Made by a program: the position numbers and the translations under genes | Part shown: one piece after another, positions 10,004 through 21,252 of the stretch | Layout of the letters: each line of letters begins with the position of its first letter | Position numbering within the stretch: position 1 is the first letter of the stretch | NCBI GenBank assembly: GCA_034670305.1 | Contig: JAXMNT010000003.1 | Span: 96,001-160,000, forward strand | DNA from: Deltaproteobacteria bacterium | Lineage (GTDB): Bacteria > Myxococcota_A > Polyangia > Polyangiales > Houyiibacteriaceae | DNA: 64,000 nt | Reading direction: 5' to 3' | The notes under the pieces: model-generated | Databases searched by the model: none | Told to the model about the DNA's origin: nothing | What the model saw: only the letters and a program-made list of their open reading frames with translations

Positions 10004-10056
10004 GCGACCATAGCGCGGACTGGTCCGAGGGCGACCAACCCCAGGGCCTTCGGAGA

Positions 10057-10155
10057 CAGCGGCAGATTACAGCGGCAGATTGCACCGGCAGATTGCAGCC
10101 CCAGACAAGCCGGCCAGACAAGCCGCGGATACAGCCGCAGCGGCGGCGGATACCG
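10057..10155. repeat. Degenerate 12-13-bp intergenic tandem repeats
   Basis: CAGCGGCAGATTA / CAGCGGCAGATTG / CACCGGCAGATTG, then CCAGACAAGCCG x2 and GCGGATAC x2. Confidence 0.6.
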
Positions 10156-10170
10156 CTTCGCCGCGCCGGC

Positions 10171-10872
10171 TCAGATCGCCGCTCGAAACCGCCCACACAC
10201 CTCCGCCGGCACCCCCGCCAACGAAAGCGGACGCGCGGGGCCCCGCTCCGTTCCCGCTCCATCGAGCGCGGTGGCCCGCGTCAGCCCGGTTGCGCCACTC
10301 AACGTGGCTTCGACACAGAAGTCTTCGCGGAAGGGTCCAATCAACACTCCGTCGGTGCAGCAGTTCTGCCACACCCAGTCGCACGCGATCTCAGCGCGCG
10401 CTGAGTCGAGCGTGCACTCGCGCGGTTCGTCGCCGACCGCCACCCCATCCACGCGACCCTCCGTCACCTGAAACCGGCCGCGCAACGATCCCATCGATCC
10501 GTCGTTCGGCAGGTCCGCGATCACCGCGAGGTACGCACCGCAGCCGGCGCCGGCCTGCACCGCGACCACGACCTCGTCGCTCACCCGGATGTCGGGCGTC
10601 GGGTTCGCGCTCTCCGGATCCGGCGCGCCGTACGAATACCACTCGGGTCCGCACGCGCCGCGCGCCGCCGCTTCGATCGGCTCACCGTTCAAGAAGAAGC
10701 AGAACAAACCGTCGTCGGCCACTCCGTCGCAGTCGTCGTCGACCTCGTTGCAGACCTCGGCGGTGGCGACGCATCCGCCGTCCGGCACCGGCAGTCCGGT
10801 CCGCGCACCGCATGCGACAAGACCGAAGGCGCACAAGAGCAGGAGCAGGGGCTGGCGGGCGGAGCGAAGCAT
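10171..10872 (-). CDS. Lipoprotein with MopE-like Cys motif
   Basis: LVACGARTGL myxobacterial lipoprotein start; EVCNEVDDDCDGVADDG. Confidence 0.7.
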   Translation of the reverse strand: MLRSARQPLLLLLCAFGLVACGARTGLPVPDGGCVATAEVCNEVDDDCDGVADDGLFCFFLNGEPIEAAARGACGPEWYSYGAPDPESANPTPDIRVSDEVVVAVQAGAGCGAYLAVIADLPNDGSMGSLRGRFQVTEGRVDGVAVGDEPRECTLDSARAEIACDWVWQNCCTDGVLIGPFREDFCVEATLSGATGLTRATALDGAGTERGPARPLSLAGVPAEVCGRFRAAI

Positions 10873-10958
10873 GCGGGCCGAAGGTAGCAGGGCCAGCGGG
10901 CGGGAACGGACACTGCAGCAGAACCAGGGCGCTCGGCATCCGCAGCCCTTCCTTCTGC

Positions 10959-11855
10959 CTACCGCAGCAGCCAGGCCAGCGCGGAGGCGATTCCGGTCAG
11001 GGCGATGGTCCACTTGAGGATCGGATCCATGCCGGTCCTGGTCGGCGGGACCACATCGTCTGCACGCTTCTTCGTCGTCGGCGGCTCTTCTTCCTGCGGT
11101 GCGGCCGCGCCGACGCCGAGCACGTGCACGGGCTGGCTCGGGTCGCCGGCCGCAGTGAGACACATCGGGCGGTCGCGGTAACCGCCGCCGCCGCTGTAGC
11201 CCTCGGGCATGGGCTGCATATGGAACGTCGCGGTCACGCTGACCTCCATGCCTTCGGCGAGCACGACCTCCCAGCGTTTGGTGACGAGCTGCACCGAGCG
11301 GCTGCCCGCCTCCGCGTCGGCCAGGTGCGCGTTGCGTTCGATCCACGCCTCTTGGGTCTTGAGGCTGCTTCCCAGGTGCACCTTGCCGCGGGCGTGGGCT
11401 TTGACCGCGCACAAGAGCGTCGCGACCTTCGCGAGCCGTCGACGTTCTTTGGCGGCCTCGGAGATGTTCGGTCCGGCGCCTTCCCGCAAGATGTCCTTGA
11501 GCTCTTTGATCCGTTTCGAGACCGCCTGAATGTCGGCAGACGCCGCCTCGACGATCTGCTGCTGACGGTCCGCACGCACGTCCACGTCGAGGCTGCTCGG
11601 ACCCGACGTCGCCTCACCGGCGGACACAGCGGGCACCCGCACCAGGACCCGATCGCCGCCCGACTCCTGGACCCAGAAGTCCATGCCCTCGTGTTCGAGC
11701 GGCGTCCCGTCCATGCCTTGGCGGATGTCCCAGTACACGCACGGCTGTTCGCTCAGCTTGGAGGTCAGCAAGGGCGGCCGCGCAGCGCGGACCTCGCCGC
11801 GCACAGTCGCGCGGGTTCCGTCCGTCACGTTGGCGATGCGCGTGACCTCGGACAC
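10959..11855 (-). CDS. GIDE-domain-like membrane-anchored protein
   Basis: VRGEV..LTSKLSEQPCVYW..DFWVQESGG..VLAEGMEVSV..GYRDRP pattern; C-terminal TM helix. Confidence 0.5.
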   Translation of the reverse strand: MSEVTRIANVTDGTRATVRGEVRAARPPLLTSKLSEQPCVYWDIRQGMDGTPLEHEGMDFWVQESGGDRVLVRVPAVSAGEATSGPSSLDVDVRADRQQQIVEAASADIQAVSKRIKELKDILREGAGPNISEAAKERRRLAKVATLLCAVKAHARGKVHLGSSLKTQEAWIERNAHLADAEAGSRSVQLVTKRWEVVLAEGMEVSVTATFHMQPMPEGYSGGGGYRDRPMCLTAAGDPSQPVHVLGVGAAAPQEEEPPTTKKRADDVVPPTRTGMDPILKWTIALTGIASALAWLLR

Positions 11856-11859
11856 CGCG

Positions 11860-14031
<2,172 letters not shown>

Positions 14032-14248
14032 GGAGGGTGCGTACCACTTCACCGTCGGGCTCGGTAGGAGCTAGGCGCTACTCAGCGTTGTCGCTTCACG
14101 ACGCCACGCGTCGCAACGGTCGGAACGCGCGCGGAAGGCGGCGCGGAACGCGCCGAGCAGGGGCAGAGACTCGGCTCCTCGGTCACCGATGCCCGAATTG
14201 GACAGTTCGGCGGATCCCGGATTCAGAAGCGCCGCGGTGCGAGCGGTC

Positions 14249-14689
14249 CTAGGGCAGGCCGGCGTCGATCCAGGCGACCAGGCGTTGGCGTTCTTCGTCG
14301 CTCGGGCTCGGACCGCTGCCGATCGGGAACTGGCGCGGGGGCGGTGAGCTGCAGTCGGCGAGCGCGACATCGCTCGTGCCGCAACGGATCCGGTCTTGGT
14401 CGCGCATGACGTCGTCGATGGTGCGGTAGTCGCGGCGACCGCCCGAGTGACACTCGACGCAGTAGGTCGCGAAGAAGTTCTCCCCGAAGGTCTCCCACGT
14501 GTCTTCGACCGGCGGCGCGTCTTCGTCCGCCCCGGCGTCTTGCCCAGCGTCGACTTCGGTTCCGGCGTCGCCGCCCGCGTCCGATGGCATCGACGAGTCG
14601 GAACCGGCGTCCACGCCGCCGCTGCTGTCGTCGTCACCACACCCGAACGACAGAATCCCCAGAGCCAACAAGCACATCGCGGTTCGCAT
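14249..14689 (-). CDS. Monoheme cytochrome c-like lipoprotein
   Basis: FGCGDDD lipobox; FFATYCVECH heme motif; C-terminal PSDEERQRLVAWIDAG. Confidence 0.7.
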   Translation of the reverse strand: MRTAMCLLALGILSFGCGDDDSSGGVDAGSDSSMPSDAGGDAGTEVDAGQDAGADEDAPPVEDTWETFGENFFATYCVECHSGGRRDYRTIDDVMRDQDRIRCGTSDVALADCSSPPPRQFPIGSGPSPSDEERQRLVAWIDAGLP

Positions 14690-14716
14690 GGCGGCCACGC
14701 TACGCCGAGTTGACGC

Positions 14717-15424
14717 TCAGACCAAGCCGTCGTCCCAGCCGATGCCGTCCTTCGCATGGCCCGCCGCGTGATCCCACTCGTCTTGGAGCACCGCGTACAG
14801 CAGCGTGTCGGTCCAACCGAGCGGGTTCTCCCGTGGGTACCCGAGGTAGCGCTCGCGGCGAAACTTGCCCTCGAGCCGCAGCCCCAGGCGCTCGCACACC
14901 CGTTTGGATCCGAGGTTCTGGGTCGCGACGTAACAATAGACCCGGCGCAGTCCCCATCCACCGGCGTCGATCGGCCGGAGCGCGCTGCCGACCAGCGCGC
15001 CCACCGCCTCGGTCGCGAGCCCCTTCTTCTGCTCCGAACCTCGGATCCAGTACCCGATCTCGGTCTGGCGCAGCCGCGGGTGCAGCTCGTGCAATCCGGT
15101 GCCGCCGACCAGCCGGCCCGTGGCGCGCTCGAAGATCCCGAGCGGGAAGTTGTTGCAGTCCGGCCGCGCGGTGCCGCGCACGTGCGTCTCGACGTAGTGG
15201 ATCGAATCTTCGACTCGGCGGTGATCGGTCGAGGCCCAGATCATCCAAGGCAGGATCGACTCTCGGTCGCTGTCGATCGCCTCGAAGAGCCTCGGGCCAT
15301 CGCCCGGCTCGTACCGGCGAATGGTCAGCCTCTCGGTGTGGATGGCGGGCGGCCGAGGATCGGGTGCACGCCACGCCGGCTCGTCCCAGGTCCACTCCAG
15401 CCACTTCATCGGATGGTCGGTCAT
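14717..15424 (-). CDS. GNAT N-acetyltransferase (RimJ/RimL family)
   Basis: IHTERLTIR, EIGYWI, QKKGLATEA, NLGSKRVCERLG, EG motif. Confidence 0.88.
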   Translation of the reverse strand: MTDHPMKWLEWTWDEPAWRAPDPRPPAIHTERLTIRRYEPGDGPRLFEAIDSDRESILPWMIWASTDHRRVEDSIHYVETHVRGTARPDCNNFPLGIFERATGRLVGGTGLHELHPRLRQTEIGYWIRGSEQKKGLATEAVGALVGSALRPIDAGGWGLRRVYCYVATQNLGSKRVCERLGLRLEGKFRRERYLGYPRENPLGWTDTLLYAVLQDEWDHAAGHAKDGIGWDDGLV

Positions 15425-15533
15425 CGGGGCTGCAGGGTACCGCGAGCCGGCAACTCCAGTGCACCGCCTTCGCGACCCCACTGAGCGTCGAGTGCGTGCG
15501 TTCGACAGCCCCGGGCTCGACACTCAGTAGCCC

Positions 15534-15572
15534 AAAACGAAAACGGCCCCTCGCGGATGCGAGGAGCCGTGT
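15534..15572 (-). terminator. Rho-independent terminator for the minus-strand gene ending at 15593
   Basis: Hairpin ACGGCCCCTCGC-GGAT-GCGAGGAGCCGT (15543-15570) followed on the minus strand by TTTCGTTTT. Confidence 0.7.
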
Positions 15573-15592
15573 TCCGATCGATCGAGCTGGGA

Positions 15593-16108
15593 CTACGGGC
15601 GAACCGCGTTGCTCTGGAGCTCCGTGATCTTCAGCTGGCCACGAATGTTCTCACCGGCTCGGTAGCTGGTGACCCAGATGTCGTACTGGCCCGCGCGCGG
15701 GTTGCGGATGTCCACCTGGGGGTTGAGGCCCGCGGTGTCGTCGTTGCAGTGCCAGGTGCCGCCCGCGTCGTTGATCGCGAGGGCGGTGTCGCCGCTGCCC
15801 TGGAAGTAGACGCGAAGGAAGCTGCCGCTGCCGGTCCAGTTGAGGATCACGTCCGGCTGCGCCGTGGCGAAGCCCGTGCAGCCCGAGCCGAGGCCCATGG
15901 TCGCGACGTTCAGGCTGCCGCCCGAAACGATGTTGCCGATCACCTTCGGGTCGGGCGTGAACCCGGCCGCCAAGCGGTGGGTTCCGAAGTTGGCCCGGCT
16001 TCCGCCGATGGAGAGGCTGCCCTGTGCGACCGAGTGGCCGTGGGTGCCGAGCACGAGCGCCGCGCCGAGCACTCCGAGCGCGATATGCATCTTCCCGATT
16101 TTCTTCAC
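15593..16108 (-). CDS. Secreted pre-peptidase C-terminal (PPC)-like domain protein (GFTPDP family)
   Basis: GGAGG RBS before GTG; signal peptide; AGFTPDP, CTGFATAQPD, DTALAIND..WHCNDD..LNP..GQYDIWV. Confidence 0.75.
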   Translation of the reverse strand: MKKIGKMHIALGVLGAALVLGTHGHSVAQGSLSIGGSRANFGTHRLAAGFTPDPKVIGNIVSGGSLNVATMGLGSGCTGFATAQPDVILNWTGSGSFLRVYFQGSGDTALAINDAGGTWHCNDDTAGLNPQVDIRNPRAGQYDIWVTSYRAGENIRGQLKITELQSNAVRP

Positions 16109-16359
16109 GAATTCCTCCATTCCTCGGCCGATGCGTACGACACCGACCCTCTCGCCGCCCCCCAACAACCGCTTCCCCACGTCGAGTACCCCACCTTGAG
16201 GTACCCGTCCGCAAAGGCGTCTGGGAGTGCGACACGAACCTGGTTCACCAGGGCCATCGACGGGGACCATACTTGGATATTCACAAATGTTGATTGGAAA
16301 AATCCGGGCCAATCTCCCGCGTCCCAGAACATCCGCAAATCTGGGCCGTCCCACCTTCC

Positions 16360-17445
16360 ATGCGCGATCTCGCCCGCCCTCGCTCTCGCCGCCCCTCGAT
16401 CGGGGGACGGGCCATCTGCGCCCTCGCCGTGTTCGTCTGTATCGCTTCGGCTGTGCCAGTTCAGGCGCAGCGGCCAGGTTTGGAAGTGGTCCAGGACGGG
16501 CGAACAAGCGGGGTACACGCGCGGGTCGGTGAAGTGGTCCGGCTCAGGGTCCAGCCCCGTCGCGGAACACTCGATGCGGCCGCCCAGGTGGTCTGGCACC
16601 GGATCGTGCCGAGGCCCGTCCACGTGGACTTGCCCTACGCGAACGACGGAGACCCGACCTATGCCAACAGCGTGCTCGGCGGGGAGGACCACGGAGAGTG
16701 GCTCGGGTTCGACACGCTCGAGTACGACGTGGTGCCGGTCGTTGCGAACGACCACCTGACGATCGAAGGACAGTCTCTGGTCGTGCGCGGAACCGGCGCC
16801 CACGGCGGGGCCGGAACCCAGTTCTTCGGCGCCACCGCCACGCTGCCGGACGGCCGGGTGCTCTCCACCGCCACCATCGACCACACCGACTCCGTCGGGC
16901 TGGCGGCGTCCGTGTTCCGCGTCAGCTTCCGGCAGAGCGACGACTTCCTCGGCTGGATGAGCAGCTACTTCGACGTGCCCTACGTCTTCGGCAGCACCCC
17001 GCGCCAGTCGGAGCGGTACACCGGCATCGACTGCGCCGACGTGCTCGTGGCAGCACGGCGCCGAGACTCGGGCGCCAACCTTCGGTATACGTCGGTCTCG
17101 GGCATCGGCCGGCTCGCGGAAGCCGCCAGCGAGGTCGTGATTCTACGCCGGGACGATCGGATCCTGCGCGATGGCGAAGGCGCCCCGGTCGAACTCCGCT
17201 GGGGCAGCGACGTCCTGCCGGGTGACTTGATGGCGATCGACTACGCAGACGATCCCGATGGCGAGCTCCCACGCGCGTGGGATCACATCGGCGCGCTCCT
17301 GCGCGACTCCGGACCCGGAGGCCGGCCAGACGGAGTGCTCGGCGGCGACGACCTTCTCCGGCACATGGGCCGCCGCGGCCTCGTCGACGAACCCCTCCAC
17401 CGCCACGGCTCGGTCCGGCTCCGCGTCTGGCGGTGGAAACGCTGA
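16360..17445 (+). CDS. Secreted protein with C-terminal NlpC/P60 (papain-like) domain
   Basis: Signal peptide; VPYVFGS, GIDCAD (Cys), PGDL, WDHIG (His). Confidence 0.6.
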   Translation: MRDLARPRSRRPSIGGRAICALAVFVCIASAVPVQAQRPGLEVVQDGRTSGVHARVGEVVRLRVQPRRGTLDAAAQVVWHRIVPRPVHVDLPYANDGDPTYANSVLGGEDHGEWLGFDTLEYDVVPVVANDHLTIEGQSLVVRGTGAHGGAGTQFFGATATLPDGRVLSTATIDHTDSVGLAASVFRVSFRQSDDFLGWMSSYFDVPYVFGSTPRQSERYTGIDCADVLVAARRRDSGANLRYTSVSGIGRLAEAASEVVILRRDDRILRDGEGAPVELRWGSDVLPGDLMAIDYADDPDGELPRAWDHIGALLRDSGPGGRPDGVLGGDDLLRHMGRRGLVDEPLHRHGSVRLRVWRWKR

Positions 17446-17460
17446 GCGCTTAGTCCGGTA

Positions 17461-17733
17461 TCGGCGGCCTCGGCTTCGGCCTCGGCTTCGGCTTCGGATT
17501 CGGCATCGGCATCGGCATCGGCTTCGGCTTCGGCTTCGGGGTCGGCATCGGCTTCGGATTCGGCGTCGGCATGAGCGTCGGCATCGGCGTCGGCTTCGGC
17601 ATCGGCATCGGAATCGGCTTCGGAATCGGCTTCGGCTTCGGCTTCGGCATCGGGCAAGGGCACGGGCAAGGGCAGGGGCAAGGGCAGGCACGGCACGGGC
17701 AGGCACGGCACGGGCACGGGCACGGGCAAGGGG
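17461..17733. repeat. Intergenic hexamer microsatellite (GGCTTC/GGCATC)n followed by (GGGCAA/GGGCAC)n
   Basis: Directly visible between stop 17445 and ATG 17772. Confidence 0.9.
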
Positions 17734-17771
17734 CTCGCCTCTCGACCGCCAGGTGGTAAAGGCCACCGGAT

Positions 17772-18707
17772 ATGTGGCTCGTCCTCGCGCATGCGTTCGA
17801 AGTGCTCCTTCTGCTCGCGGTCCCGATCTGGGTCGCCAAGCGGATCGCACGTGCGTCCGCGGGCCAGGCCAAGCAGTCGAACTGGAAGGGCATCTTCGGC
17901 GCGGGCGTGCTCACCTTCATCCTCGCCGAAGTCCTGCGCATGGGCCTCTCCCACGCCGAGGGCTACGCGATCGGAAGCGGCTGGGTCGACCTCGACCTGC
18001 GGGGACCCAACGGTCCCCTGATCACCGCCGCCCTGGCCGGCGTCAGCACTGCCCTGACCGACCAGTTGGCGCGTCTCTTCGCGTTCTCGCGATGGATCGA
18101 TGGCCGGCGCAGCCGGATCGGCGCGCTGCACGGCATTGGTCAGGGCGGCGCGCAGGCGATGCTCTCCGGGCTTCTGGTGCTCTGGATGGCCGGCATCGCG
18201 ATCGTGCTCGAGGGGCACACGATGTCCGAAGTGCAGTCGATGGGCTTCGAAGGCCGCACCGCGATCCGAGTCGGCGCGCGCGTCTACGCCTGGTGGGCCA
18301 GCAGCCCCGTGGACGCGCTGACGTCCGGCGCGGGGGAACTGGCGATCGTCGCGCTGCACGTCGGACTCAGCGTCACCGTCTTGCGCGCAGTGCGCACCCG
18401 AGGGTGGCGGTGGTTGTGGTTCGCGCTCGGCGCGCAGGCGGTGCTCATCACGCTCGTCACGTGGATCGCCGCGACCTCCAGCGGCTGGGCGACGCTCGGC
18501 GTGCAGGTCGGGGTCGCGCTCGCGGGCTTCGCGATGGTGCGGCTCGCCGCGCCGGGACTCGACGGTGCGTTCCGCGCTCAGTCGGACGGGGACGGCGCTT
18601 CGGGCGACGACGCTTCGGACGGAGCCTCGGACGACGACGCTTCGGACGGTGACGCTTCGGACGGTGCATCGGACGCATCCGGCGACGCCGCGCGCTCCGA
18701 CAAGTAG
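17772..18707 (+). CDS. YhfC/PrsW-like intramembrane protease homolog (degenerate motifs)
   Basis: Multiple TM helices; [24 protein letters not shown] resemble YhfC family motifs. Confidence 0.6.
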   Translation: MWLVLAHAFEVLLLLAVPIWVAKRIARASAGQAKQSNWKGIFGAGVLTFILAEVLRMGLSHAEGYAIGSGWVDLDLRGPNGPLITAALAGVSTALTDQLARLFAFSRWIDGRRSRIGALHGIGQGGAQAMLSGLLVLWMAGIAIVLEGHTMSEVQSMGFEGRTAIRVGARVYAWWASSPVDALTSGAGELAIVALHVGLSVTVLRAVRTRGWRWLWFALGAQAVLITLVTWIAATSSGWATLGVQVGVALAGFAMVRLAAPGLDGAFRAQSDGDGASGDDASDGASDDDASDGDASDGASDASGDAARSDK

Positions 18708-20164
18708 CGCGCGAAGCCCGCGAGCATCGCCTTGTAGTAGAGGTTGCCCACCACGGCGTAGCCGGCCGGCGTCATGTGGCGCAGGTCCGACGACGCGAGT
18801 CGGGGTCGGCTCTCGAGCCAGCGCGCCACCGCGCCCTCCCCGCCCATCGCGGTCCAGGTGTCGTAGAACGCGCAGCCCTGGGCGAACGCGGCGGCGCGCT
18901 GCGCGGCCACGATGTTGGGAATGGTGCCCATGGTCTGGACCCGGCCCCGGTCGTCGCGTTCGCCCTGGTCGAGCGGCGAGAAGACCAAGCACCCGAGATC
19001 GTCGCGCCCACCACGCATGCGCTCGATGACCTGCTCGTACTCGGCCTGGTACCGGTCCGCGGCGATGTTGTCCCCCGCTTCGTTGCCGCCGAAACCGAGC
19101 ACCACCAGGTTCGTGCCGCGCATCTCGATCTGCCCCGCCACATGGGCCTCATCGTAGTAGAGCAAACGCGCGGCGCGGGCGCCGACCAGTCCGATGGAGT
19201 CGTACACCACGCCCGGCGCTTCGCGCTCGAGCACCACGCCGTACACGCGCGGTTGGCCGTGCCCACCGAACCGCACGCTGAGCCGGTGCGGTCCGTCCGG
19301 CACGACGATCTCTTCGACCGCGTCTTCGCGTTCTGTGGACCGGGTCTCGATGACCTGCCGCTCCCCACCGTCGACTTCGTAGTGGATGTGCCCACCGCGG
19401 CGGTGGCGTTGGTAGAAGATCCGAAAGCGCGAGACCTGTTGCCCGACGGGGCCGTCCTCGCTGGTCTCGAACCGTGTCCACGCACCCGGCCGACCACGGA
19501 ACTGCACGCCGCCGAGGCCGTAGTATCCGCTCGAGTCGTGGTTGCGCGTCACTTCGCGAAGCATCCAGTCGTCGCTCGACGAGTGCTGCACGTCCCGGTG
19601 CCGGTACGCGAGGTAGCCCTTGCCCGCCAGCACGAACCCATGGCCGCCATCGCCGAACCGCCGCTGCAAGCGCCGGCGCACCGTGTGCGTGATGAGGTCC
19701 GTCGCGATGCTCGAGTCCCCCCAGTGCGAGATGCGCGTCATCGCGTCGGGCTTCGACAGCGCGGTGTTGCGCAGCGCCTCGTAGAACGGTCGCATGCCGC
19801 GTCCCGTCGGGTCTTCGATCTGGACGTCGATGCCCTCGTACTCGCGCGGGTTCACCTGCACCCGCGGTCCGGTCGGCTCTTCTTCGTCGTCTCCGAGGTT
19901 GGCCGCCACGGCGGGCCCGAGCTCGTTGGCGTCCGGATTGACTTCGGGTTCCGGCTCTTCGGTGCCCATGCCGGAGAAGGTGTACGCCTCCTGGGCCGGC
20001 GTGAAGAGGCTCTCGAGCGGGTACGACTCCCCCGCCTTCCAAGGCGCGAACCGGTGCAGCGCCGGGATCGCGTAGACGAAGCTGATCACGAACGCGAGCG
20101 TCAGCGCCATCACCGAAAGATGGCGCATCGCCTCCTTCGTCTGCTCCTCGGTCCCGTCCGCCAC
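18578..20164 (-). CDS. SGNH/GDSL hydrolase, PatB/Ape1-like
   Basis: N-terminal TM; RISHWGDS, RFGDGGHGF, GVVYDSIGLVGAR, FGGNE, DLRH..GY; start estimated. Confidence 0.8.
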   Translation of the reverse strand: MADGTEEQTKEAMRHLSVMALTLAFVISFVYAIPALHRFAPWKAGESYPLESLFTPAQEAYTFSGMGTEEPEPEVNPDANELGPAVAANLGDDEEEPTGPRVQVNPREYEGIDVQIEDPTGRGMRPFYEALRNTALSKPDAMTRISHWGDSSIATDLITHTVRRRLQRRFGDGGHGFVLAGKGYLAYRHRDVQHSSSDDWMLREVTRNHDSSGYYGLGGVQFRGRPGAWTRFETSEDGPVGQQVSRFRIFYQRHRRGGHIHYEVDGGERQVIETRSTEREDAVEEIVVPDGPHRLSVRFGGHGQPRVYGVVLEREAPGVVYDSIGLVGARAARLLYYDEAHVAGQIEMRGTNLVVLGFGGNEAGDNIAADRYQAEYEQVIERMRGGRDDLGCLVFSPLDQGERDDRGRVQTMGTIPNIVAAQRAAAFAQGCAFYDTWTAMGGEGAVARWLESRPRLASSDLRHMTPAGYAVVGNLYYKAMLAGFARYLSERAASPDASDAPSEASPSEASSSEAPSEASSPEAPSPSD

Positions 20165-20498
20165 GCGAAGGGTATGGATCGCCCCGCGCCAGACGCGCAA
20201 GCGCCCGCGGCTCGCCGCAGGCCGGAGGGGATGCGTGTTGAGCGCGCAACTCAACTCGCCATGGAACAGCCGAAGGAACTCCGGCCGCTTCTCCTCGTTA
20301 GGTCGAGGTGGTGGTGGTTGACGACGTGCAGAAGGGAGACCCCCGTCTACTGCGCATGCCCCAGCGCGTACAGCCAAGCTTGGTCCACACCTGGATGCCA
20401 AGGAGCCAGGAACGCCTTCCGAAAGTTCGTTCGACGCGTCAGCGCATACCTCGCACCGCGTACGACTGGCCGTCTCCGTCTCTCGGACGTTTTGAGAG

Positions 20499-20673
20499 TT
20501 TCGGCTGGCAACAGACTTTCGAGCACCTGGGACGACTGTTTCAACAATTTCGGCTGGCGCCCGCCACCCAACCGCCAGCGGCCCGCCACCCCGAACGGCT
20601 GCGACCCAGGCAACAGGCTTTCGAGCACCTGGGACTGATCAACCCGTCTGAGACGAGCACCTGGGACTGATCA
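20499..20673. repeat. Nested direct repeats with core CGAGCACCTGGGAC (3 copies)
   Basis: 27-bp GGCAACAG(A/G)CTTTCGAGCACCTGGGAC at 20507-20533 and 20609-20635; CGAGCACCTGGGACTGATCA at 20622-20641 and 20654-20673. Confidence 0.85.
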
Positions 20674-20716
20674 GCCGCGGCGTAACGGACCATGAACTGC
20701 TTGGCAGGTGAACACG

Positions 20717-21028
20717 TCAATCCTCAGTTGATACGAGGACCCCCTGTAGCCTCGCCTCCCTTATGACGAACGAGTCGCTCAGAGGTGCCTTGTGCTCCAG
20801 AACACCTAGTTCCTGGAGCAGTCGTAGAGCCTCAGACTCGGTCGGAAGCCGGTACCGGTCACGGGGAACCGAAAGAAGGGTCTCGTCATCACTCGCCAAG
20901 TCGGGAAGCCGCGCCCACGAGACTCCGCACATGGGGCACCAGAAGTACGGTCTGCCATCGGCGTCGACCAGGAGGATGACCTCATCTTGGTCCACGTGGC
21001 ATTTGGCAACAACACAAATTCGTATCAC
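20717..21028 (-). CDS. Small CxxC protein, putative immunity-like (paralog A)
   Basis: 103 aa; C..EVILLVDADG..FWCPMC..W..LP..RLPTESE, shared with 21744-22037. Confidence 0.6.
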   Translation of the reverse strand: MIRICVVAKCHVDQDEVILLVDADGRPYFWCPMCGVSWARLPDLASDDETLLSVPRDRYRLPTESEALRLLQELGVLEHKAPLSDSFVIREARLQGVLVSTED

Positions 21029-21049
21029 CGCGCCCCCTGGATAAATCTT

Positions 21050-21200
21050 CTAGTCTTCTAGGAACAGTCCGCACCAAGCCAAGCAGGTCCCGCTGTGCTG
21101 TGGCATGACTGCGTTCATGCGTCCGGCGGCATCGTAACTGTAGGTGATGTCGCTCGCGAGGCTTGTCAGCTCGGTGCATTCACGCTGAGCCTCCGGAGCT
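21050..21200 (-). pseudogene. Rhs/YD-repeat remnant
   Basis: Minus-strand frame whose 5' part has no start codon reads ...DITYSYDAAGRMNAV...CLAWCGLFLED*; ITYSYDAAGRM at 21148-21116. Confidence 0.5.
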
Positions 21201-21252
21201 ACCGGTTCTCAAGAACCTGTCCGCTCCAGTGAACACCCTCCGGAATCTACGG

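Noticed and set aside
17143..17941. ORFs with PKPKPM, RLRLRH or GIGFG repeats (also at 34.0-34.5 kb and 52.9-53.6 kb)
   Set aside because: Open frames arise from stop-free hexamer microsatellites; no RBS or domain support
20308..20670. Transposase (RAYT/IS) remnant ORF
   Set aside because: No HUH, DDE or other recognisable motif in the translations provided
20499..20673. CRISPR array
   Set aside because: Only three copies of unequal length with irregular spacing (102 and 32 bp), and no cas genes in the window
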